Positions 31,981 through 41,597 of a stretch of DNA of 64,000 nucleotides are shown in pieces. Made by a program: the position numbers and the translations under genes. The notes beneath the pieces are model-generated. The model had not been told where the DNA came from and made no database searches. It was given only the letters and a program-made list of their open reading frames with translations. Numbering within the stretch: position 1 is the stretch's first letter; the number at the start of each line of letters is the position of its first letter. Origin of the DNA: Amoebophilaceae bacterium (lineage in GTDB: Bacteria > Bacteroidota > Bacteroidia > Cytophagales > Amoebophilaceae); the NCBI GenBank assembly GCA_019744995.1, contig JAIETQ010000022.1:3543-67542 (forward strand). The letters are read 5' to 3'.

Positions 31981-32439
31981 ATGGAATTAGACAAAATAGA
32001 CAAGCATATTTTAAATATCCTACAAGTTGATTCAAAAATTACCAATGTTGCACTGGCAGAAAAAATAAACCTCTCTCCTGCTTCTACACTGGAGCGGGTT
32101 AGAAAATTAGAGCAACATAAGATCATTACCCACTATTATGCACAAATTGATCCTTTACAAGTAGGTTTTTCTGTTGAAATCATCTTAGGTGTAAAGCTTC
32201 AGAAAATGACAGCTGAGTCTATAAAGTTATTTAAAACCACGATTGATGCGATCCACTCCATTACAACCTGTTATCAAGTTATTGGAGATTTTGATTTTAT
32301 ATTAATGACCCATTCAAGGAATATCATGCTGTTTCAACAAACGGTAGTGGAAAAGCTTTATGATTTACCTGTGGTTACAACTATAAAGAGCTTATATGTG
32401 GCTCAGTTACTTAAACATAAGCCTATATTTTTAGCATAA
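31981..32439 (+). CDS. Lrp/AsnC-family transcriptional regulator
   Basis: 152 aa. N-terminal HTH (D..D..IL..LQ.DS..TN..LAEK..LS...........LE....I) followed by an RAM/AsnC_trans_reg-like C-terminal half. Confidence 0.8.
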   Translation: MELDKIDKHILNILQVDSKITNVALAEKINLSPASTLERVRKLEQHKIITHYYAQIDPLQVGFSVEIILGVKLQKMTAESIKLFKTTIDAIHSITTCYQVIGDFDFILMTHSRNIMLFQQTVVEKLYDLPVVTTIKSLYVAQLLKHKPIFLA

Positions 32440-32538
32440 ATGGCTAAATGTACATAAGGCTGACTAATTGTCAGTTGTTTATGCTTTCATTCCTATAAGC
32501 TGCCAGTAAGGCTTTACTTTTTTAAAAAATTCCATCAA

Positions 32539-32655
32539 ATGACCAATAAACACCCGAACGCAAGGCGCCGAGGAACGCAGGACCAGAGCATACTATTTGT
32601 ATGTGATGGTTCGAGTACCAGAGGGAACGCAGCGATCGGGATGTTTATTGGTCAT
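32539..32655. repeat. GC-rich palindromic intergenic element, copy A
   Basis: Terminal inverted arms are atgaccaataaacacccga and tcgggatgtttattggtcat. The internal core gcaaggcgccgagg...gagcatac is shared with the reverse complement of copy B (58351-58492). Confidence 0.6.
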
Positions 32656-32781
32656 GTATAACTTGGCACGAAATATGTAGTATTCATTTGAGTACAGAAC
32701 AGCTAACTATAGCTGTTCCTTGTTGAATTCATTATAGGTTATACAAATAATCATTCATCATAATAAAATGAAATAAAAGCT

Positions 32782-33063
32782 ATGCGTAAACTCAATATCA
32801 AACCATTAGCTGATAGAGTGTTAGTAGCACCTGCAGCAACTGAAGAAAAAACAGCTGGCGGCATCTATATCCCTGATACAGCCAAAGAAAAATCACAAAA
32901 AGGAGAAGTAGTTGCCGTAGGTCCAGGTAAAAAAGATGAACCTATGACTATTAAAGTAGGCGACACCGTACTTTATGGCAAATATGGTGGTACAGAAATA
33001 GATTTAAATGGCGAACTCTATATGATTATGAAAGAGTCTGATATTTATGCAATCACTGATTAA
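32782..33063 (+). CDS. groES: co-chaperonin GroES
   Basis: 93 aa with typical motifs (KPL.DRVLV........T.GGI.IPD.AKEK...G.VVAVG.G). Immediately upstream of groEL. Confidence 0.95.
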   Translation: MRKLNIKPLADRVLVAPAATEEKTAGGIYIPDTAKEKSQKGEVVAVGPGKKDEPMTIKVGDTVLYGKYGGTEIDLNGELYMIMKESDIYAITD

Positions 33064-33092
33064 GCATAAATCATTTAACCAAGTCATGATAA

Positions 33093-34760
<1,668 letters not shown>

Positions 34761-34797
34761 AAGAGCCATCCCTTAAATTTAATGTGCTATGACAAAA

Positions 34798-34830
34798 AGC
34801 CAGGTGATCAGTTGCCTGGCTTTTTTATTT
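34798..34830 (+). terminator. rho-independent terminator after groEL
   Basis: Stem aGCCAGG/CCTGGCt (34798-34804 and 34815-34821), followed by TTTTTTATTTT. Confidence 0.7.
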
Positions 34831-34877
34831 TATTTTGCTATTAACCTAAAAATAAGTACATTATAGGTATAGAATAA

Positions 34878-35867
34878 TTAAATTTAACCATTAAACCCAT
34901 ACAAATTATTATACGCTTATTATACCTTATATGCCTATGCTCCCTGTTTACGGGGTGCGATCCTAAATTAAAAATAGAGCAACCTAAGCCACCAACTCCT
35001 GTAGATAAAGTTATTGAAGATGCGGACCTACAAGCAGAAGATACTACAAATCAAGATATAGATTTAGAAGTAATTGCTGCCCCCAAAGATACGTCTGGTG
35101 CTTCAGCGAAGACAAGTACTCCAATACTTATAACGCCCCTAAAAACAGAATTAGGGACTTCTTCTGTGTCTGGTGGATCTAGTGGAAAGCCTCCTTCTAG
35201 CGGTGGAGAGGTTCAGAAACTCCCACCAAAACTTCCTGAAACTCCTAAAACACCTAATAATCCTAGACTAGAGCTGTATCAAGCTGCGCTTAATAGTGAT
35301 AAAGCTGCGCTACAAGCAATAGTAAAAGGGATTGGTCAAGGCCCTGATGATTCAAACACCCTTCCTGATATCGCTAAACATCCAGAAAAACTGCTAGTGC
35401 TGGCTATTTTTGAGGGTCATCAAGAAGCGGTAGATATGTTATTAAAAGAACAGACAATTAATGCTGCTTTAGAGAAGCAAAAAAATGATGCGGGTAAAAC
35501 TATGCTGCATATGGTTGTCGAGCAAAAGAAGGAATGCACAAAATTAGCAGATGTGTTAGCCGTGATATTAACTTTTGGAATTAATATGAATGCAAAAGAG
35601 ACAAATGAGCAGTGCACCGCCCTGCATTTGGCTGCTTGCGATGGCCATGAACAAGTAGTGGAACTATTATTAAATCATGGTGCTACGGTAGATAAACAAG
35701 ACAACCGCAATAACACCGCCCTGCATTACGCTACTAGGGTAGGAAATGAAGAAATAGTGAATATGTTATTAGATAAACATGCTAAGGTGAATAAAATAAA
35801 CGCAGCTGGTGATACCGCCTTCCATATAGGCCATTTCTTCCTTTTGGGGGGAGCTTTTAGACCATAA
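34878..35867 (+). CDS. lipoprotein-type ankyrin-repeat protein (non-canonical start, truncated 3' end)
   Basis: The open frame upstream of the track start reads ..IKPIQIIIRLLYLICLCSLFTGC|D, a lipobox. No ATG, GTG or TTG precedes it. ATT 34890 is the best start candidate. A Pro/Ser-rich linker and then ANK repeats follow. The frame ends abruptly (..GDTAFHIGHFFLLGGAFRP*) where a paralog remnant begins. Confidence 0.55.
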   Translation, partial: LNLTIKPIQIIIRLLYLICLCSLFTGCDPKLKIEQPKPPTPVDKVIEDADLQAEDTTNQDIDLEVIAAPKDTSGASAKTSTPILITPLKTELGTSSVSGGSSGKPPSSGGEVQKLPPKLPETPKTPNNPRLELYQAALNSDKAALQAIVKGIGQGPDDSNTLPDIAKHPEKLLVLAIFEGHQEAVDMLLKEQTINAALEKQKNDAGKTMLHMVVEQKKECTKLADVLAVILTFGINMNAKETNEQCTALHLAACDGHEQVVELLLNHGATVDKQDNRNNTALHYATRVGNEEIVNMLLDKHAKVNKINAAGDTAFHIGHFFLLGGAFRP

Positions 35868-35930
35868 AAAAGCACCTCCAACCATAAAGATGTCGGATGT
35901 TTTTCTTGCACTTGCTGCATAACGTATAAC
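35820..35930 (-). pseudogene. degenerate 3' remnant of a paralog of the 36019-37347 gene
   Basis: The minus strand here (..ttatggttggaggtgc..aaggaagaaatggcctatatggaaggc) aligns with the 3' end of the neighbouring gene (..ttatggctgaacctgc..aaggaagaaatggcctacatggaaggc, encoding KEEMAYMEG). There is an internal deletion. Confidence 0.45.
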
Positions 35931-36018
35931 CTTTAAAAAGGACAAGGAAAATGTATAATAGCCTGTTTAAAATTATTGCATTTCACGGCTTTTTTATTTG
36001 AAAAACAAATCTATCTCA

Positions 36019-37347
36019 TCACCTACCCCGCGGAGGAATAGTCTCATACAAAGTAAAATGGGTTTTTCGAAATTGCCGATAGCCTTCCATGTAGGCCATT
36101 TCTTCCTTGGTGGCCAAGGTGCCGTTTTTGACTTTGCGGGCTATGTCTTTGAGGCCACAAGGGAGGGCAGGTTCAGCCATAAATTTATCTAAAGCTTCTT
36201 GTATAGATTTATCTTTATAGTCTAGAATAAAGAAAGGGTATTTATAAAAGGTAGGAAAGTTACATGTAAATAATTGGTATAAATGCTGTAGAGAAAGGTG
36301 CCCATTTTTATACCATTCCACCGCATTTTCTATCATACAAGCATAACAACCTGAGGACTCTAGCATACCGAATTGCGACATTCCAAAGATAGACATAGAT
36401 TTTTCTTCATTCGTATAACAACCATCTCGTAATGCAGCTATCCCGTCTTTTTTGGTTGAGCTAAGCTCGAAATGAGTTGGATAGTAATTCTGAGGGTGTT
36501 CCATAATTACTAAAAAATAAGGAAAATGCTCTATTCCTCCAAAGGCACTACCCCATTCTTTTGAATATCTTTCATCTCTTACGGCATCAGTAAGGAGATC
36601 ATAAAATGAAAAAAGTTCAGTATAATAATCCAGGTGACCTATTTCTGAGAACATAAGTCTCTGCCACCATATTTCAGGAAAATTATTATGGAGTATAGAT
36701 TGAATATCTCTGTGTAATACACTCTCTTTAGGAATTTCTTGGGTAACCCTTTCTAAGAAGTGAACATCATGGGGGTGTAATGTCTTTAAGGGGTTTTCAT
36801 AACAGTTGCCTGTATGTTTTTGGGCAATAAAATTACCTAAGTGGATGGAAAACGTCCATTCCAGGAGAAGCGCATCAATTTTCTTTTCCTGATACAACTG
36901 ATAACATTTTTTCCATAAATACAAACGTGAGCTTGCATATATAGCAATCTTCTTTTCTTCTAAAGTATGCCGTTCATCTACTAGATAGTCTAAAACAGCA
37001 TCTTTATAATAATCAGGATGTTTATACATCACTAGAAAATCTTTTGAACGGAATAACTCCCTAGGATCTGTAAAGGGACCTACGCGTGCTTGTATCGCTT
37101 CAATTTTTTGTGAAAAAGTTACCCAACTGCCCCAATGACAGCCATTTTTTGTAATATCAGCAGGAAGTTGGTAATCCTTATAACCTGGATGATGAAATAA
37201 ATAAGTAGCCCAAGAAGGCCAATCTACATAACCCCTATTATGAGGGTCATGGGTGGTAGAGATTGTTGAACATAATGGACAATATGAATCCAAAATTAAA
37301 AAAATAATTAAACTAGCTTTTAAAAATCTCATAATATACTTATTCAT
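36019..37347 (-). CDS. hypothetical secreted protein (442 aa)
   Basis: N-terminal signal-like segment. Internal repeated HP.YY-containing modules. No family recognised. Confidence 0.5.
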   Translation of the reverse strand: MNKYIMRFLKASLIIFLILDSYCPLCSTISTTHDPHNRGYVDWPSWATYLFHHPGYKDYQLPADITKNGCHWGSWVTFSQKIEAIQARVGPFTDPRELFRSKDFLVMYKHPDYYKDAVLDYLVDERHTLEEKKIAIYASSRLYLWKKCYQLYQEKKIDALLLEWTFSIHLGNFIAQKHTGNCYENPLKTLHPHDVHFLERVTQEIPKESVLHRDIQSILHNNFPEIWWQRLMFSEIGHLDYYTELFSFYDLLTDAVRDERYSKEWGSAFGGIEHFPYFLVIMEHPQNYYPTHFELSSTKKDGIAALRDGCYTNEEKSMSIFGMSQFGMLESSGCYACMIENAVEWYKNGHLSLQHLYQLFTCNFPTFYKYPFFILDYKDKSIQEALDKFMAEPALPCGLKDIARKVKNGTLATKEEMAYMEGYRQFRKTHFTLYETIPPRGR

Positions 37348-37424
37348 TAATATAATCTGTTAAATGTGTATATGTATTAAAATACACATACACAAAATTA
37401 TCATAAATTTATTAGGCATTACTA

Positions 37425-37937
37425 TCAATCATTATCATAACGTTGTATAGTTCCATCATTAATATCCTTATCCATATAAACCTGTTTGGACCCCGCTGCC
37501 ATAGTATAGGTTTCATCTACGGCTATACCACAATGCGTACCATTAGACCTAATATCTCCCTTTTTTTGCGTAGTTACTTTTGTCCACCCAGGCACAAACC
37601 CAGTCCACATGCTAGCCGTAATAGGCCATTTGCCATTACTATCTAATGATTTACCATCATTAGTCAATGGAGGGGTAATTCCAACATTATAGAGCATATC
37701 ACATATGTATAAATTACACTTTGGTTTACCAGCAGCAAATACATATTCCTCAATTCTAGGATCATTAGGTGCCTTTTCTACATCTTTAGCCCAATCAGTT
37801 TCCCACCTATGGGCCTTTGCTTCGTCAGAAAGTTGATCTCTTTTTCCCATGTCATAGGATAAGTCACTACTACATCCTCCTAATCCTCCTAGCGCCAACA
37901 ACCAGGTTGCGCCTACTACTTTATTGAAATGGATCAT
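37425..37937 (-). CDS. lipoprotein, possible papain-fold cell-wall amidase (Tae4 / NlpC-P60-like)
   Basis: Lipobox LGGLGGC|SS. The candidate catalytic Cys context is KPKCNLYICDMLYNVGITPP and the later His context is GDIRSNGTHCGIAV. This resembles amidase-effector motifs. Weak by-eye call. Confidence 0.35.
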   Translation of the reverse strand: MIHFNKVVGATWLLALGGLGGCSSDLSYDMGKRDQLSDEAKAHRWETDWAKDVEKAPNDPRIEEYVFAAGKPKCNLYICDMLYNVGITPPLTNDGKSLDSNGKWPITASMWTGFVPGWTKVTTQKKGDIRSNGTHCGIAVDETYTMAAGSKQVYMDKDINDGTIQRYDND

Positions 37938-38079
37938 ACTATGCTCAAATTTAAAAGTGTCAAAAAACTGATTAACTTAAAAGTATTTTACGACTTTATT
38001 TTTTCATAAACAAATTTTTACATAAATATCAAAACTTTCAATATAAACATTTCATAATGAAGCCATATATCTTAGAGAC

Positions 38080-38192
38080 AAAATCAGCGATAAGCGTACA
38101 TCCACAAAGAGCCGTATAATGCGAGAGTATCACGTACGGTTCCGTGAGCAGTTGAAGGTTTTAGTAAGTACGATGAGCTTCATTCTTTTATA
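38080..38192 (+). mobile_element. group II intron 3' fragment (domains V-VI only)
   Basis: Near-consensus domain V GAGCCGTATAATGCGAGAGTATCACGTACGGTTC at 38109-38142 (AGC triad, GAGA loop). Upstream sequence is AT-rich and not intron-like, so this is a truncated remnant. Confidence 0.6.
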
Positions 38193-38197
38193 TCCTC

Positions 38198-39982
38198 TTA
38201 ACGATATCTACTGGTTAATGTAACAGGCGTAGCCTGTTTATTTATTAAATCATGCACCGAATAAGCAGCTAAGACTGCTTGACCTGAAAAAGCAATACCT
38301 ACCTCTACGACTGCTGTAAGATAAGGATAGGCCAAGAACTCGGTTCTATAAGCTTGTGCTTGAATTTGTTCAAGTGCAGCACGTGCTGCACTTTCTAGTT
38401 CTTCTTCTTTAGCAACCTGTTTAAATTCCAATAAAAGGGACTGTGTGCCCTTAACTTGGTCTATATCTAATAAAGAGGGCTGTGTCCCCCCTTTAGGGAT
38501 TAACAATACATCATACCGTCCATAGCCACTTTCTCTATTGGACCGCACATAGTGCGTACTACGTAAGCTAGCAATCAGTCCTAATACCAATCCATGGTAA
38601 AATCCCTCGGATTTTTTATGGGTATCATATACACTCACACTTTGTATTAAAAAATCCCTTAATTCTTGAACAAAAAGAGGCACATTACCTGATACTAAAT
38701 GGGCGAGGAAAGATTCATATTGCGTGCGATTGGAGAATTTATCACTCAGCCATTCTTTGAAAAAGCGACTATATAGCCTAACAACTTCCTGATTGGGTAT
38801 ACTAACCAGACAGTCATATAAATCACTGTCAGGACTTAAACTGCTTTTTTCCTGTTTTAAATAACCTGCAAATAATAAAAGACTCCAAAAGGTTGTTTCA
38901 TCTTTATCCAATAGATCAAATGACAAATGCTTATCTATAGGAACAGACAAAGCATGGCCTTGCATCAACTGCTCAAACTTAATTTTTATATCTGGTCCTG
39001 AACAAAATAAAGATCTTTTAATTAAATCATTATTACCTGTATGCACCCAGTAAACATCAAAACAACCTCCTCTATTCATGCACAATAGAATAGACCAAGG
39101 ATTATAGACCACTAAATCTCCTGATTTATATCCATTATACCAGCGCCTTACTTCATCAAAGTCTATAGATAGGCCTTGAAGATCAAAAAGAGTTTTTGAC
39201 TCCTCATCACTAAAACCAAAATGGCTACTATAGGCTTCATCTAGCATAGTATAAGTCTCCAAATTATTTAAACCAGATAACATGCTATCTTTAGAAACAC
39301 GCAATATGCCGGTTAATAACCCCCGTTCTAAGGCATTATTACCTTTTAAACCTGCACTAAATAGGTTACGCATAAATTTTACTAGCGCATTCAAATAGAC
39401 TGGATTTCCATAGGCTTTATTTAATGGGGTATCATATTCATCTATGAGTATATAGACTCTCTGGCCGTGGTGTTTATAAAGGCATTGGCTGAGCAGTTTT
39501 AAAGAAGAGGCTAAGCGTTTCTTGCCAGCAGACTGATCTAATATAGAGCTAAATGCGCTTAATTGTGCGCTACTAATTTTATCGCTATGCAGTAGGTATT
39601 CAAATTCACCAAATAGTAAAAAAATTAACTCATAAATCGCCTCATAAGCTTCTTCAAAATCATCGGCATCGATATCCTTAAAGCTTAACATAATCACAGG
39701 ATACTTACCTTGATGAGTCTTAAGATACTCACCACCACCTATCTTAGCAATAGCCAGCTCATCGAATACACCAACTGTAGGTACTCTATCTACCTCTGCT
39801 GAAAGGAAATATTGCAACATAGACATGTTGAGCGTTTTTCCCCAACGACGAGGACGGGTAATCAGCGTAACCTTCTCTCCTTTACTTAAGAACTCAGCAA
39901 TCATGGCTTTCTTATCACAAAACAGGTAATCACCTGTTACTAATTCTCGAAAGTTATCTACACCTATAGGTACTTTATACAT
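38198..39982 (-). CDS. AAA-ATPase-like / PD-(D/E)XK nuclease-domain protein (PF09820 + PF08011 architecture)
   Basis: 594 aa. The N-terminus G.DNF.EL......Y.DK...I..F......V.LI.RPRRWGKTL is typical of the predicted AAA-ATPase family. The C-terminal ESG.GR.D..L segment is typical of PDDEXK_9. Confidence 0.7.
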   Translation of the reverse strand: MYKVPIGVDNFRELVTGDYLFCDKKAMIAEFLSKGEKVTLITRPRRWGKTLNMSMLQYFLSAEVDRVPTVGVFDELAIAKIGGGEYLKTHQGKYPVIMLSFKDIDADDFEEAYEAIYELIFLLFGEFEYLLHSDKISSAQLSAFSSILDQSAGKKRLASSLKLLSQCLYKHHGQRVYILIDEYDTPLNKAYGNPVYLNALVKFMRNLFSAGLKGNNALERGLLTGILRVSKDSMLSGLNNLETYTMLDEAYSSHFGFSDEESKTLFDLQGLSIDFDEVRRWYNGYKSGDLVVYNPWSILLCMNRGGCFDVYWVHTGNNDLIKRSLFCSGPDIKIKFEQLMQGHALSVPIDKHLSFDLLDKDETTFWSLLLFAGYLKQEKSSLSPDSDLYDCLVSIPNQEVVRLYSRFFKEWLSDKFSNRTQYESFLAHLVSGNVPLFVQELRDFLIQSVSVYDTHKKSEGFYHGLVLGLIASLRSTHYVRSNRESGYGRYDVLLIPKGGTQPSLLDIDQVKGTQSLLLEFKQVAKEEELESAARAALEQIQAQAYRTEFLAYPYLTAVVEVGIAFSGQAVLAAYSVHDLINKQATPVTLTSRYR

Positions 39983-40038
39983 GGTAATATCCAGTTACAA
40001 TCGTTACATCCAAGCCCTATGCTGTTTTCCTATTGTTA

Positions 40039-40257
40039 TTACTTCTCCATAGAGATAAACAATACTGTATCAGGATAGAAAGGGTCTGTATGAAATTTAA
40101 TATTTTTAAAGCCATATTTCTCTAAAACAGTTATGTAAGCTTTTTTTAGTTGACCTTTCTTTAAAATAGTTTTGAAAGCATTTTCTCGTTTATCATCTTT
40201 TTGATGGTACGCACTTCTATAACTTATTTCAAGTGGTCTTGCAATGACATTTTGCAC
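40039..40257 (-). pseudogene. short fragment, possibly the C-terminus of a GNAT acetyltransferase
   Basis: A 72-codon frame ending ..AYITVLEKYGFKNIKF... resembles GNAT C-terminal ..Y.K.GF. There is no plausible full-length N-terminus, because an in-frame TGA lies just upstream. Confidence 0.25.
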
Positions 40258-40395
40258 TTTCCTGGAATTTTTAAATTGTCATGTGGTTTGTGCGTAAGGT
40301 GAGTTATAGAATAAAAATTGTAGGGTACTATGGCTTATTCGGCACTAATTCAGGTTAATTGACTATATAATAAAGTAATTTTTAGAGATAATTTT

Positions 40396-40572
40396 GTGGT
40401 ATATATATTAATTGTTTTAAGTTTGACTACATTAATCTTAGTGCTAGGTGTTGTCTCTATGGCTATTGGCGGGAAAATTGACAAAAAATTTAGTTCCAAG
40501 TTAATGTCGTTACGGGTTATATTTCAAGCATTTGCTGTATGTGTTCTTGCTTTTCTCTATCTTTCAAAATAG
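40396..40572 (+). CDS. HIG1-domain twin-transmembrane-helix small protein (alphaproteobacterial type)
   Basis: Not in the ORF track (under 60 aa). The frame reads ..VVYILIVLSLTTLILVLGVVSMAIGGKIDKKFSSKLMSLRVIFQAFAVCVLAFLYLSK*. GTG 40396 is the candidate start. The motif ..N/S.LM..RV..Q..AV is typical of HIG_1_N. Confidence 0.5.
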   Translation: MVYILIVLSLTTLILVLGVVSMAIGGKIDKKFSSKLMSLRVIFQAFAVCVLAFLYLSK

Positions 40573-40608
40573 TATATTCATCAAAAACTTGTAAGTTAAC
40601 ATCATAAT

Positions 40609-41445
40609 ATGCTTGATCTATTTAGCTTTAATGAAAAGAAGCCCAAAATTAATAATTCGTATACAGCAAAAGATATTGAAGTATTAGAAGGGCTTGAGTC
40701 TGTACGCAAGCGTCCTGGTATGTATATTGGCGGGACGGACGAGAATGCTATGCATCATCTTGTTTCGGAAGTGCTAGATAATGCTATGGATGAAGCTGTT
40801 GCTGGTTTTGCTAGCGTTATCACCATAAAGATGCATGTAAATAATAGTATCACTATCTCTGATAATGGTAGAGGGATTCCTGTTGATAATCATCCCAAAT
40901 TTCCTGATAAATCTGCTCTTGAGGTAATTTTAACTCACCTTCATTCTGGTGGTAAATTTTCAAATAATGTCTATCAAACAGCAGGTGGCTTACATGGAGT
41001 TGGCATTTCGGTTGTTAATGCTTTATCCGACTATTTAGAAATTAAAGTATATAAGCAGGGTAAATTATTCAAGCAATCTTATTCCAAAGGACAAAAATTG
41101 AATGATTTAACCAGTGAAGATATTGCCAAAAAATTAAGGGGAACATCTATCAATTTTCATCCTGACCCAGAAATTTTTGGAGAGAAACCATCCTTTTCAC
41201 CAAAAAGAATATATGAATTAGCCAAATCAAAAGCCTATTTGTATAGAGGGGTAACGATAGAGTGGCAATGTGAAGTTGAAACTAAAAGCGATGTTCCAGC
41301 AACAGCTCTCATCCATTTTCCAGATGGTTTGAAAGATTATTTAATTTCTAAAATAAATTTGGAAGATTTAGTTAGTAGAGAGATTTTTTGTGGTAATATT
41401 GAGTGGGACCAGGATCACATAAAAGTGGAATAGGCAATTGCTTGG
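40609..41445 (+). pseudogene. parE: DNA topoisomerase IV subunit B, N-terminal 274 codons only
   Basis: GHKL ATPase N-terminus (VRKRPGMYIGGTD..AMHHLV.EVLDNAMDEA, GGLHGVG). An in-frame TAG sits at 41431-41433. Four more conserved codons (AIAW) follow, then the reading frame runs into a palindromic element. The remaining roughly 390 codons are absent. Confidence 0.75.
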
Positions 41446-41573
41446 CATATCTGGATTGCTTTGTCGACCTATGGTCTCCTCGCAATGACGGTTTTTCAAT
41501 TATTGTTTTCTTAAACTGATGCTTATGTGCTTCGGTGCGGAATCTAGACCCCGCACCGAAGCAGGGGTGACAT
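41440..41573. repeat. RPE-like palindromic element(s)
   Basis: Contains ctggattgc, cctcgcaatgac, and the palindrome cttcggtgcggaatctagaccccgcaccgaagcaggggtgacat. The last part is related to the element at 44331-44420. Confidence 0.6.
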
Positions 41574-41597
41574 AAAAAGTAAATTGTTTTGGTATTT

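Noticed and set aside
32664-32680. Sigma-54-like TGGCAC box upstream of groES
   Set aside because: The -24-like TGGCACG is present, but the expected -12 TTGC at the correct spacing is not (ATGT instead). I also looked for a CIRCE inverted repeat (TTAGCACTC-N9-GAGTGCTAA) and found none.
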